Assembly (NCBI GenBank): GCA_965205485.1
Contig: OZ242180.1
Span: forward strand, 2,784,001-2,848,000
DNA: 64,000 nucleotides
From: Candidatus Latescibacterota bacterium
Lineage (GTDB): Bacteria; Latescibacterota; UBA2968; GCA-2709665
Reading direction: 5' to 3'
Made by a program: the position numbers and the translations under genes. Positions within the stretch are counted from its first letter, which is position 1; each line of letters opens with the position of its first letter. This document shows positions 1-9,346 of this stretch, one piece after another. Below the pieces are notes generated by a model, which saw only the letters and a list, made by a program, of their open reading frames with translations, did no database searches and had not been told where the DNA came from.

Positions 1-595
1 ATTCGCCAACGTGCGCCTTCAATTTCATTCCGGCCGACCTTGCATTTCTGTAGATGGGAATCACGACGTCAACGGAACACGCGTTTTCGTCGGCATAAAG
101 GTCGATCGAAAGGAAGACGCCGGACTCGATTCCCGCGTGGATACGATGGACCATCTCCCTGTCGGCGACGATCTCTCGCGGTATGCCGAGTTCCGGCCTG
201 AGATCGATACGGTCGCGATAACGCTTCCTCAGTTCCTTGATGGTGGACGCGAATTCCGCGAAGCCGCTCTCGAAATGACTGGCAGACCGCACGTCGAAGC
301 TCATCTCCAGGCATCGGACGCCGTCTTCAATCGCGTCGCCGATCGCCGCCGCGGCCGTGAATTCAAAGGCCTCTCGCGAACTGATGTGGGGACCCAGAAC
401 CCTGACGGCGTAGTCATCCAGGGCCTTAATGCCGGGCATGGGAAAAGCCGGCCGTTCCAGCGGGTAACCGAGCCAGCGCTCCACATTCTCGATTCGCGTT
501 CCGAAGAAGGCGTGGCGGTGGAAGTCGGCTTTCGGCGCGCGCTGAATCGACTCCACGTCGCCCGACTCGAGGGCCTGCGCGAAGGGTAGGTTCAT
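1..595 (-). CDS. Adenosine/adenine deaminase family protein, running off the left edge (partial; not in the ORF track)
   Basis: Manual minus-strand translation from ATG at 595: MNLPFAQALESGDVESIQRAPKADFHRHAFFG...GMKLKAHVGE. It has the PKADxHxH metal motif and the HxGE motif of this family, and the frame is open to the window edge. Confidence 0.85.
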   Translation of the reverse strand, partial: MNLPFAQALESGDVESIQRAPKADFHRHAFFGTRIENVERWLGYPLERPAFPMPGIKALDDYAVRVLGPHISSREAFEFTAAAAIGDAIEDGVRCLEMSFDVRSASHFESGFAEFASTIKELRKRYRDRIDLRPELGIPREIVADREMVHRIHAGIESGVFLSIDLYADENACSVDVVIPIYRNARSAGMKLKAHVGE

Positions 596-717
596 TGTAC
601 GGCCATCAAATATACATACCTGCGCTGTCGTATTTGATTTTTAATTCCCGGTTTTTTCATTTTTCCATGCAGAAGGAAATGGTATCCAATGCACCTGTCG
701 CGCTTAAAAACAAAATT

Positions 718-791
718 TGGCTGCCCCCCAGGGATTCGAACCCCGATACTACGGTCCAGAGCCGCATGTCTTGCCATTAGACGAGGGGGCA
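718..791 (-). tRNA. tRNA-Gln (anticodon CTG)
   Basis: Reverse complement TGCCCCCTCGTCTAATGGCAAGACATGCGGCTCTGGACCGTAGTATCGGGGTTCGAATCCCTGGGGGGCAGCCA folds as a cloverleaf with GTTCGAATC T-loop, CTG anticodon, U1-A72 pair and encoded CCA. Confidence 0.95.
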
Positions 792-818
792 GCCATATTT
801 GCGATGCGTGTGGTCTGT

Positions 819-2258
819 TTATTGTGGAGCGGTCTCCCTTCGTCCCAGTCGTTCCAGGCCCGTCTTCATCCGCCGGATACACGTTTCCTGTCCCAGAACA
901 TCCATCATTTCGAACAGTCCCGGCCCCGTGTTCGTACCGCTGAGCGCGAGGCGGGTGGGATGGATCAGCTTTCCCGTTGAGATACCGAGTTGTCCTGAGA
1001 GCGTACGCGTGGCGCCTTCGATTTCCCCTTCGTTGAAGTCGGACAGCGCTTCAAGCCTGTCGATCAGCAACGCCAGCCGGGACGGGCTGTCGACCTTCCA
1101 GTGTTTCTTGCGGGCTTTTTCCTCGTACGATTGCGGATCGTTGAAGAAGTACTCGAAATTCAGAAAATCCCGTAAGGTCTGGATGCGCGGCTGCATCAAG
1201 CTTACGGCCCTCAGCAGGCTCGACCGTCGGGCATCCGCATCTTGCGCCGTTATCCATCCCGCGTCAATCCACAGCTTCAGCGCTGCCCGCAAGAGTTTGG
1301 AAACAGGCTTCAACCTCAGGTGTTCGCCGTTCAGCCAGACCAGCTTTCGCTCGTCGAAGACCGCATTCTTGCTGAGCATTCCTTCAACGGAAAACGCCTC
1401 GATCAATTCCTCTTGTGTGAAGACCTCCCGGTCAACCCCGGGAGACCAGCCCTGAAGCGCCAGAAAATTAAACAGCGCCTCGGGCAGGATGCCTTGCTGC
1501 CGGTATTCAGTGACCGTCGTCGCGCCAAGGCGCTTGCTCAGCTTTCTGCCATCCGGGCCCATCAGCAATGTCGTATGCGCGTATACCGGGACCGTCCAAC
1601 CCAGCGCTTGAAAGAGCATCACCTGCTTGGGTGTATTGGAGAGGTGTTCCGCGCCCCGGATCACCAGCGTCACGCCCAGATCGTGATCATCGACGACCAC
1701 CGCCAGGTGGTAGATCGGTGATCCGTCCGCGCGCAGGACAATGAAGTCCTCCACCTCGACGTTGTCCCATCGTTGCGTGCCCCTGATGGGATCCTGCCAG
1801 ACCGTTACGCCTTCCGGAACCCTGAAACGCACCGTCTTCGGCCGCCCCTCGGCTTCAAATGCAGCCTGTTGTTCCGGTGTCAGGTCCCTGTTGTACCGAA
1901 CCCGCCGGCCCTCCGCCTGTGCCTGCTGCTGCAGGGCCCGCACTTCTTCCGGGGTCTCGTAGGCGTAATACGCGTGTCCGGTCTCCAGCAGCCGGTCAAC
2001 CGTTTTTCGGTGCGCATCCGCGTTACCGGACTGAAAAATCGGCTTGCCGTGAAACGCAATCCCCAGCCAGTCCAGTCCTTCCTTTATGGTCTGGAGAGCG
2101 GCGTCCGTGGACCGGTCCCGGTCCGTATCTTCAATCCGCAGGTGCAGCCGCCCGCCGTAATGCCGGACGTAGAGAAAGTTGAAAAGCGCAGTACGGGCGT
2201 TGCCCACGTGAAATCCGCCAGTGGGCGACGGCGCGAATCGAAGAACGGGATCGGACAT
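819..2258 (-). CDS. gltX: Glutamate--tRNA ligase
   Basis: RFAPSPTGGFHVGNART (HIGH-like), LRIEDTD and KLSKR (KMSKS-like) motifs. Start trimmed to ATG at 2258 (MSDPVLRF). Confidence 0.96.
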   Translation of the reverse strand: MSDPVLRFAPSPTGGFHVGNARTALFNFLYVRHYGGRLHLRIEDTDRDRSTDAALQTIKEGLDWLGIAFHGKPIFQSGNADAHRKTVDRLLETGHAYYAYETPEEVRALQQQAQAEGRRVRYNRDLTPEQQAAFEAEGRPKTVRFRVPEGVTVWQDPIRGTQRWDNVEVEDFIVLRADGSPIYHLAVVVDDHDLGVTLVIRGAEHLSNTPKQVMLFQALGWTVPVYAHTTLLMGPDGRKLSKRLGATTVTEYRQQGILPEALFNFLALQGWSPGVDREVFTQEELIEAFSVEGMLSKNAVFDERKLVWLNGEHLRLKPVSKLLRAALKLWIDAGWITAQDADARRSSLLRAVSLMQPRIQTLRDFLNFEYFFNDPQSYEEKARKKHWKVDSPSRLALLIDRLEALSDFNEGEIEGATRTLSGQLGISTGKLIHPTRLALSGTNTGPGLFEMMDVLGQETCIRRMKTGLERLGRRETAPQ

Positions 2259-2267
2259 TAAGAATCG

Positions 2268-2295
2268 CTGAGACGTGAGAAGTAAGGCGTGAGAC
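2268..2295. repeat. Four imperfect heptamer tandem repeats (consensus GTGAGAC) just upstream of gltX
   Basis: ctgagac-gtgagaa-gtaaggc-gtgagac. Confidence 0.45.
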
Positions 2296-2511
2296 GAGAA
2301 CAGCGACGTCCGCGCCGATTTCGTTTTCGAAGTGAGCGTAATTCGAACCGCCCACGTGCCGGCGGTGAATCGGTAGCCATATGTAATCGGCGGTCGGCAA
2401 CTTGACGCGAGAAACAAGAAGCAAGAAACGTCGCCGGACGATTGGGGTGAGGGGTGTGGCCCTCTTCCTTCTTGCTTTTTCCTTCTTCTTTGTCAGTGCC
2501 GCTTGTTTTCT

Positions 2512-2604
<93 letters not shown>

Positions 2605-2628
2605 GCATAAAAGATTCCGAGAAATCTA

Positions 2629-2657
2629 ATTTTACCAAATCGTGCCCGCAAAATCAA
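2629..2657 (-). promoter_or_regulatory. sigma70-type promoter for tRNA-Ser(GCT), possibly reading on into gltX and tRNA-Gln
   Basis: Minus strand TTGATT-N17-TAAAAT about 25 nt upstream of the tRNA. Confidence 0.6.
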
Positions 2658-2965
2658 GGAAAACCTGTGATGCGGAGACTATTTCGCCAGGCGTCGGGGA
2701 ACCGGCGCAGTCTAAAACGAAAGGGCCTAAAAGCCCTGCCTGTACATCGGATTCGGCCGCCCTTTCACCTCGGGCCGTCCGCGTTTAACCCAGGGTCTCG
2801 AGTTGCCGGTCGTCGGCCGGAGCGAGCAGCCCGCCGTGAACCGCCAATGCGTATCGCGGCGAATTTCACCAATCATCAAGGACTCAATGAATCCAACTGG
2901 AAATTCAACATCAGGTCGTTATATTTCGTACCCATTCTAAACCGAAACCGGAAAGGCTAAGAGTG

Positions 2966-3652
2966 ATGCGTACTGGTGTTCTGTTCGATCTCGATGACAC
3001 GCTGATCGACCTCCAATACTCTCGTCGCCATGGGCTGCGCGCGGTTCAGGAGATTCTGACCGGCCTCAAGCGGGTCTCGCTGGAGGAACTCGAACTTGCT
3101 CACGACGAGGAGTTGAACCTGACCTATCCGCGTACGCTCGACGGCAGTCTGTCCGCCGAGGAAGCGGGCCGTTTACAAATACACGGCATCTGCCGGCGTT
3201 ACAACCAGGAAACAACCCGTGTGGCAGAGGCTGCAGAGGCTTACGCGCAAGCGCAGCAGTCCAACCCCACGCTTGTACCGGGTGTCGAGGCGTTGTTCGA
3301 CGCGCTGCGGGGACGGGCGAAGATCGGAGTCGTCACCAACGGCTGTCCGCTTCAGCGATACAAGCTGGAACTGTTCGACCTTTTTCCCCTGGACGCGCTG
3401 GCGATATCGGAGGAGGTGGGAGCGGAAAAACCGGACCCGGCGATCTTCCGTTACGCGCTTGATGAGCTTGGGATGAAGAAGGCGACAATGATAGGTGATT
3501 CGTGGGATAATGACGTTCTGGGAGCGGTAGGATGCGGTCTGCCCGCGATCTGGCTGAATCGTTACCGTCGAACCTGTCCCGATCCTTTACTTGCCGTTGA
3601 AATCAGTGGATTCGAGCCCGTGGAAGATGTTCTGAATGTCCTGAATCTTTAG
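2966..3652 (+). CDS. HAD-superfamily hydrolase (YjjG/HAD-IA-like)
   Basis: FDLDDTL (motif I), VTNG (II), KPDPAIF (III), IGDSWDND (IV). Confidence 0.9.
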   Translation: MRTGVLFDLDDTLIDLQYSRRHGLRAVQEILTGLKRVSLEELELAHDEELNLTYPRTLDGSLSAEEAGRLQIHGICRRYNQETTRVAEAAEAYAQAQQSNPTLVPGVEALFDALRGRAKIGVVTNGCPLQRYKLELFDLFPLDALAISEEVGAEKPDPAIFRYALDELGMKKATMIGDSWDNDVLGAVGCGLPAIWLNRYRRTCPDPLLAVEISGFEPVEDVLNVLNL

Positions 3653-3689
3653 CCAATCGTCATACACAACCCTGGAATGGAGGCGAAAG

Positions 3690-3968
3690 ATGACGGTAAC
3701 CGTGCACATCCCGGAGCCACTTCAGAAGTGGACGAAAAATCAAGCCACGGTAGAAATCGCGGATGTCATCTCCATAGACGACGTGATTGACAGCCTGGAA
3801 AGGGAACATCCGGGTATCAAGGACAAGCTGGTCGAGAACGGAGAGATTCGAAAATATCTCAATGTCTTCCTCAATGAGGAAGATATCAAATTCATGAAGG
3901 ATGAAGACATCCGTCTCAGACACGGAGATAGCGTGTTCATCATACCGTCCATAGCGGGAGGCAATTGA
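3690..3968 (+). CDS. MoaD/ThiS/CysO-family sulfur carrier (ubiquitin-like) protein
   Basis: VTVHIP..L, NVFLNEEDI and C-terminal IIPSIAGG followed by one extra Asn; RBS GGAGG. Confidence 0.88.
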   Translation: MTVTVHIPEPLQKWTKNQATVEIADVISIDDVIDSLEREHPGIKDKLVENGEIRKYLNVFLNEEDIKFMKDEDIRLRHGDSVFIIPSIAGGN

Positions 3969-4083
3969 TGGACCGGCGAGATTCTCTGGCTCGTGGATCC
4001 GCGCTTTCCACGGCAGCGAATCCAAGGGCGGAAGACAGGCGCCTGTCCGGCTGTACTTACCGGCGTTTTGGAGGGCGTCCGTA

Positions 4084-4758
4084 GTGTCCGTGCTGCCCGT
4101 CGTCTTCCACAACCTGCTTCGATACGACACGCTCACGTATAGCGACAACCTATCCGCCGCTTTTACTGTCGGATACCGCCTTGAAGATCGCCCGGACGAC
4201 ACGTGGAGCGTCCGGTTCACTAAGTTCAAATTCGATCCCGACGACGCTTCCACCCAGGGCGGGGTGAGGCTCATGGCGCACGCCGCAGGCATTCTTGTTC
4301 AAGGTCTCGGATTGGACCCCAACAGGACGGTCTTCGCGCCAGCGCTGCGCTCCGCAGAAAAAACCGCGGATTCTGAGGGATTGATGGCGATGCTCGCAAG
4401 TCGGTGCGCCGGAGCCTGCCGTTACGAGCCGGGGCTGTTGCGCAAGGAAGTCCATCCGCCCACGGGCAGAGGAGGACTGTATCCTGAATTTCGGGCCTTA
4501 CTGGTTGAGCAGGCTGACTATCGTTCCGCTTCCCTGGATGCCGACACGGTCTTCATCGTGGACGACTTCGTAGCCACTGGAATGACGCTGTCCCTTGCAG
4601 CTACCTCAATTCTGAAGCGCAACCCGGACGTGACCGTGTACGGATTCGCGCTGGCGAAACCGGAATGGCATAAAATGGTCCTCGATTGGCATGGCGTGGA
4701 TCTCAGCAACAGCCACATACCATCTCACTGGTCTTCGATATGGTCGGCGACCCCCTGA
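4084..4758 (+). CDS. Type I phosphoribosyltransferase-fold protein (ComF-like)
   Basis: PRPP-binding loop VFIVDDFVATGMTL; start codon uncertain. Confidence 0.78.
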   Translation: MSVLPVVFHNLLRYDTLTYSDNLSAAFTVGYRLEDRPDDTWSVRFTKFKFDPDDASTQGGVRLMAHAAGILVQGLGLDPNRTVFAPALRSAEKTADSEGLMAMLASRCAGACRYEPGLLRKEVHPPTGRGGLYPEFRALLVEQADYRSASLDADTVFIVDDFVATGMTLSLAATSILKRNPDVTVYGFALAKPEWHKMVLDWHGVDLSNSHIPSHWSSIWSATP

Positions 4759-5078
4759 AAAAGGAGTGTCGCTCTTACTCCTGAGGGCGCTCAATGGCTT
4801 ACCGGCAGGCAGACGAACAAGCGGGTACGTGTCAGCTCTTCACAAGGGAGGGGATCGCGAACGACCACGAGGCCGCGGACGCCTGCTCCGTGTCCGTCCG
4901 CGACAGCGACGGGTTGGGCGCCGTCCGCATAGACATGAACGATAAATCCGTCAGGGGGCGTCTATTGCCTCCTGACGGCTCTCTATTACCCGAACGTTCA
5001 GAAAGGCCGGTGTCCGGACGTCCTTCAGATCATGCGCAACGCCCGCCGGTCAGGAAATACAGCTGTCAGATTCAGAAT

Positions 5079-5167
5079 TGGCGGTGGGGGTGGGATTCGA
5101 ACCCACGGATCCGGTAAGGATCAACGGTTTTCAAGACCGCCACGTTCGACCACTCCGTCACCCCACC
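5079..5167 (-). tRNA. tRNA-Ser (anticodon TGA)
   Basis: GGTGGGG...GCGGT-CT-TGA-AA-ACCGT, long variable arm, GGTTCGAATCC, 3' CCCCACCGCCA. Confidence 0.95.
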
Positions 5168-5212
5168 GTCACGATTCACAGGATCCAGACATCCGCGGCG
5201 GTTCTACAAAAA

Positions 5213-5240
5213 ACTATAGAAAACGGGTGTTCGCTGTCAA
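5213..5240 (-). promoter_or_regulatory. sigma70-type promoter for tRNA-Ser(TGA)
   Basis: Minus strand TTGACA-N16-TATAGT. Confidence 0.65.
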
Positions 5241-5432
5241 GACCTTTGTCTCCCGAAACCACTCCCGGACGGCCGGCCGGACATCCTTGTTTTTGCCCGA
5301 TGAAGTCGTCTATTTCCGCCGGTTTAAGATGTACAAGATTGGGGTTGCGCCGCCCTGGAGATTCCTGTATCATTAGTCAAGTTTGAGGCGTTCCCGGGTG
5401 GTCCGGATTCTGTCGGCGTCTGCTGCCGCACG

Positions 5433-7088
5433 ATGACCGCCGGGGCTTTTCAGACAGCATCCCACGGAGGCCCGGTGCCCCAGGTCCATGCCAGGCTCGT
5501 AACCGGCGCACAGATGGCCCGCATCGACCGCGGGGCCATGGAACGCGGGGTTTCCGGCATCCGGCTGATGGAGAATGCGGGGCGCGGCGCGGCCGGGGTT
5601 CTCGACGACCTCGCCGGTGGCTTTCAGGGCAAACGAATCGCCGTCCTCTGCGGCAAGGGCAACAACGGCGGCGACGGGTTCGTGATTGCGGATCTCGCCG
5701 CCTCGTCAGGCGCTTCGGTTTCCGCCTTTCTACTGGCAACGGAAGACCAGGTCACGGGCGACGCGCGCCACCACCTGGATCGAGCCCGGAAGAACGGCCT
5801 TGAGATCGAAGAAATCGTTGAAATTAAAGATCTTGTACGAATCCGGCCTGTGCTTTCCAACGCGGCCGCCGCTGTAGACGCCCTCCTTGGAACCGGGATT
5901 CGGGGCGAACCCCGCGGGCTGATCGCCGGCGCAATCGAAACGCTTCGGGACGCCGCCTGTCCCATCCTGGCCGTAGACGTTCCGTCCGGCCTGGATGCGG
6001 ACACCGGCCTTGTAGATGGGGCCTGCGCCGCTGCAACGCGCACGGTCACCTTCGGACTCCCTAAAATCGGGCAGTTTCGCTTTCCGGGCCGGTCCCTCTG
6101 CGGAAGCCTTTTTTGCGCGGACATCGGACTGCCTCCCGCGGCTGTCGCAGGTGAAGACGTCACCTGTCAACTCATTGCGGCGCACGGAGGCGCGGCGCTT
6201 CTGCCGCGACGTCCGCCGGATGCCCACAAGGGCGATTGCGGCAGGGTGGTCATCCTCGCCGGTTCAATGGGTTTCACGGGCGCCGCGGTACTTTCGGCGC
6301 AGGGGGCGCTCAGGTCCGGCGCCGGGCTGGTTCAGGTCGGCGCGCCGGAGAGCCTGAACGACATTCTTGAGGTCAAGCTCACCGAGGCGATGACCCGTCC
6401 GCTTCCAGAGGTCCGGAAACACCGCTGTCTCGCCCTTCGCGCCCGCGGCGACATACAAAGGTTGGTCGAGGAGGCCGATTGCGTGGCGCTGGGACCCGGG
6501 CTGGGCACGCACCGGGAAACCGTCGAATTGGTCCGGCGGATCGTTCACGATATCCAGGCGCCGCTCGTTCTGGACGCAGACGGCATCAACGCGTTCGCCG
6601 GAGCGCCCGAAAACCTGAAAATGCGGACGGCGCCGACCGTTGTCACGCCCCACCCGGGGGAATTCGCGCGTCTCACCGGTCTCGGCAGAGAGGCCGTCTG
6701 TTCGGATCCCATCGGCTCGGCGCAGACACTGTCCGGCGAGGCCGGCGTCATCGTCGTACTCAAGGGCGCGCCGACCGTTGTGGCCGTGCCCTGCGGCCGA
6801 ACGTACGTCAATCCCAGTGGGAATGCAGGCATGGCCTCGGGCGGATCCGGAGACGTGCTCACCGGAATTCTCGCGGCACTGATCGGTCAGGGGCTGGACC
6901 CCGAGTCAGCGGCCAGCCTCGGTGTCTACCTGCACGGGTTAGCCGGGGACCTGTGCGCCGAACGCGCGGGTGAGGCCGGAATGATCGCGAGCGACATCGG
7001 GGCGACGCTCCCTGGCGCCGTGCGCGCTATTGAAACAGGCGCGGACAAGAATCGATACATTCAATTTCATGCGTTAACAGTCCGTTGA
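5433..7088 (+). CDS. nnr: Bifunctional NAD(P)H-hydrate repair enzyme (NnrE epimerase + NnrD dehydratase)
   Basis: LMENAG, CGKGNNGGDG, DVPSG, HKG, TPHPGEF and GSGDVLTG motifs. Confidence 0.95.
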   Translation: MTAGAFQTASHGGPVPQVHARLVTGAQMARIDRGAMERGVSGIRLMENAGRGAAGVLDDLAGGFQGKRIAVLCGKGNNGGDGFVIADLAASSGASVSAFLLATEDQVTGDARHHLDRARKNGLEIEEIVEIKDLVRIRPVLSNAAAAVDALLGTGIRGEPRGLIAGAIETLRDAACPILAVDVPSGLDADTGLVDGACAAATRTVTFGLPKIGQFRFPGRSLCGSLFCADIGLPPAAVAGEDVTCQLIAAHGGAALLPRRPPDAHKGDCGRVVILAGSMGFTGAAVLSAQGALRSGAGLVQVGAPESLNDILEVKLTEAMTRPLPEVRKHRCLALRARGDIQRLVEEADCVALGPGLGTHRETVELVRRIVHDIQAPLVLDADGINAFAGAPENLKMRTAPTVVTPHPGEFARLTGLGREAVCSDPIGSAQTLSGEAGVIVVLKGAPTVVAVPCGRTYVNPSGNAGMASGGSGDVLTGILAALIGQGLDPESAASLGVYLHGLAGDLCAERAGEAGMIASDIGATLPGAVRAIETGADKNRYIQFHALTVR

Positions 7089-7197
7089 TAAAGTCGCTCT
7101 GCAGGCGAGGGCGCGCAACGCAGTATTTCGGCCACGAGAGCCGGCCGCAGCCCGGATGGGCTTTTTCAACGGGCTGCTCAACTGAGAACCGGATCAA

Positions 7198-7725
7198 ATG
7201 CCGGATATCCGCGAAAGCATCGACGAGATGATTGAGGAGTCCTATCTCTCCGGGCTTACTGACGGTGAAATCAGGGCCGACATGGAACGCTTCGTGAGCA
7301 TCTGCGGCAGGGTTATCCGCGAGAACGTACACGACAGGAAACAAACCCGCAGGCTTACCGAACAACTCGCCAGGGCGCGGGCGCTCAGTCTGGTTGAAGA
7401 CGCGTCCGGATCTAGTGACGACGCGGATCTTCTTATCCCCGACGCGGGCGCACGTTCGTCTCTCAAGGGGCGGTACGCAGAGAGGGTGGCCCGAAACAAA
7501 CGTCTCATTCTCAGGGTCATCCGCGAGTGCGATCCGAAACTTGAACAACTTATCGAACAGGAGCGGTTTTCGGGATCGATTCCGGAACCATCCGCGCCTG
7601 CGATGCCCATCGGCGTCAACCCGCCCCGGAACAGGGCGAAGGATTTTGTCCTGAAGACGTGTTTTGCCGTCACGCTGCTCCTCATCCTCCTGCTGGTCTA
7701 CCTGGTTCTGCTGCAAAATGTCTGA
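7198..7725 (+). CDS. Hypothetical protein with a C-terminal transmembrane anchor
   Basis: 175-aa ORF filling the nnr-carB gap and ending in hydrophobic FAVTLLLILLLVYLVLL. Confidence 0.65.
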   Translation: MPDIRESIDEMIEESYLSGLTDGEIRADMERFVSICGRVIRENVHDRKQTRRLTEQLARARALSLVEDASGSSDDADLLIPDAGARSSLKGRYAERVARNKRLILRVIRECDPKLEQLIEQERFSGSIPEPSAPAMPIGVNPPRNRAKDFVLKTCFAVTLLLILLLVYLVLLQNV

Positions 7726-7862
7726 GACGCCGTCCGCCATACGGTTCCACTCCGCCTGCGAGCATGCGCCTTTTTCAAGGACAGCCGCAGGTTTTTTTCT
7801 TAGAAAATGATCGACCGCCCGTGACCGGATCCATTTCATAGACCGAGACCTTTCCTGCGATT

Positions 7863-9311
7863 ATGCCCAGACGTAACGACATTCAGAAAATCATGCTCAT
7901 CGGTTCCGGGCCGATTGTCATCGGCCAGGCCTGCGAGTTCGACTATTCCGGCGCGCAGGCATGCAAGGCCCTGAAGGAAGAGGGATATACAGTTGTCCTG
8001 CTGAACAGCAACCCCGCGACGATCATGACGGATCCGGAAATGGCGGACCGGACCTACGTGGAACCGGTCGCGCCGGAGGTATGCGCGGCCATAATTGAAC
8101 GTGAGCGACCCGAAGCGCTCCTTCCTACGCTTGGCGGACAGACCGGACTGAACGTGGCCATGGAGCTCTACAACAGCGGCGTCCTCGATGAATTCAACGT
8201 GGAGATGATCGGCGCGAATGCCGAAGCCATTGAGAAGGCAGAAAACAGGGAACGCTTCCAGGCCGCAATGGCCGGTATCGGCGTTGAATTTCCGAAAGGG
8301 AGATTTGCGCACAGCGCGGAAGAAGCCCGCGATATCGTCGACGAAATCGGCTATCCTGCCATCATTCGTCCTTCCTATACGCTTGGAGGCACCGGCGGGG
8401 GCACGGCCTATAACGCCGAAGAGTACGAACATCTCGCGGTTCGTGGGCTGGATCTCTCGCCCACGACGGAAATACTGGTCGAAGAGTCCATCATCGGGTG
8501 GAAAGAGTTCGAGCTGGAGGTCATGCGCGATCTGAACGACAACGTGGTTATCATCTGTTCCATTGAAAATTTCGATCCCATGGGAATCCACACGGGCGAC
8601 TCCATTACCGTAGCGCCGGCGCAGACCCTGACCGACAAAGAGTATCAGGCCATGCGGGACGCGTCCATCGCCGTTATCCGGGAAATCGGCGTGGAAACCG
8701 GAGGATCCAATATTCAGTTCGCGCTGAATCCGCTGGACGGACGTATTGTCATCATCGAAATGAACCCGCGGGTGTCCCGGAGTTCCGCGCTGGCCTCGAA
8801 GGCCACGGGGTTCCCCATCGCGAAGATCGCAGCCAAACTCGCCGTGGGATACACCCTGGACGAAATCCGGAACGACATCACCCGGGAAACACCCGCCTCA
8901 TTCGAGCCGACCATCGACTATTGCGTGGTCAAGATTCCTCGGTGGACCTTTGAAAAGTTCCCCCAGACGGAGGACCTCCTTGGCACCCAGATGAAGTCGG
9001 TGGGTGAAACCATGGCCATCGGCCGGACGTTCAAGGAGGCCTTTCAGAAGGGCCTGCGTTCCCTCGAAATCGGCCGCGCCGGATTCGGGGGCGACGGAAA
9101 GGACCTGGCAATCTCCGAACTCGACCGTGCCGTGATCGAGCACCGGCTGCGAGTACCCAATTCCCAGAGACTCTTCTATCTCAAGGCAGCACTGGATGCG
9201 GGTTGGCCGTTATCCGAACTGTACGACCTGACGGGTATCGACCCGTGGTTCCTCGAAAACCTGCGGCAGATCACCGAATTCGAAAAGGAACTCGCCGGAC
9301 TCGTCGCGTGA
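7863..9311 (+). CDS. carB: Carbamoyl-phosphate synthase large chain, N-terminal part (carboxyphosphate ATP-grasp domain and start of the oligomerization domain)
   Basis: [25 protein letters not shown] and [18 protein letters not shown]; stops after 482 aa. Confidence 0.93.
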   Translation: MPRRNDIQKIMLIGSGPIVIGQACEFDYSGAQACKALKEEGYTVVLLNSNPATIMTDPEMADRTYVEPVAPEVCAAIIERERPEALLPTLGGQTGLNVAMELYNSGVLDEFNVEMIGANAEAIEKAENRERFQAAMAGIGVEFPKGRFAHSAEEARDIVDEIGYPAIIRPSYTLGGTGGGTAYNAEEYEHLAVRGLDLSPTTEILVEESIIGWKEFELEVMRDLNDNVVIICSIENFDPMGIHTGDSITVAPAQTLTDKEYQAMRDASIAVIREIGVETGGSNIQFALNPLDGRIVIIEMNPRVSRSSALASKATGFPIAKIAAKLAVGYTLDEIRNDITRETPASFEPTIDYCVVKIPRWTFEKFPQTEDLLGTQMKSVGETMAIGRTFKEAFQKGLRSLEIGRAGFGGDGKDLAISELDRAVIEHRLRVPNSQRLFYLKAALDAGWPLSELYDLTGIDPWFLENLRQITEFEKELAGLVA

Positions 9312-9328
9312 ATTTTAAGACAGCTTCT
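9311..9328. repeat. Solo terminal inverted repeat of the MITE-like element, in the gap between the two carB parts
   Basis: aattttaagacagcttct matches the element end at 39301-39318 at 17/18 and the end at 19504-19521 at 16/18. Confidence 0.75.
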
Positions 9329-9346
9329 TAGGAGCATCGCAGCCGT

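Noticed and set aside
11..589. 192-aa + strand ORF in the track
   Set aside because: It is the antisense shadow of the minus-strand deaminase gene, which carries clear family motifs.
2259..2417. N-terminal extension of gltX given in the ORF track
   Set aside because: GluRS homology starts at MSDPVLRFAPSPTG, and the extension crosses a heptamer repeat tract.
2605..2960. Possible att site (duplicated tRNA-Ser 3' end) bounding the islet
   Set aside because: No copy of the tRNA-Ser(TGA) 3' end was found by eye, and there is no integrase.
4759..5078. Short ORFs and a hairpin (cgtcaggggg...cctcctgacg, about 4949-4977) downstream of tRNA-Ser(TGA)
   Set aside because: No recognisable protein; the hairpin lacks a clear U tract, so no feature was called.
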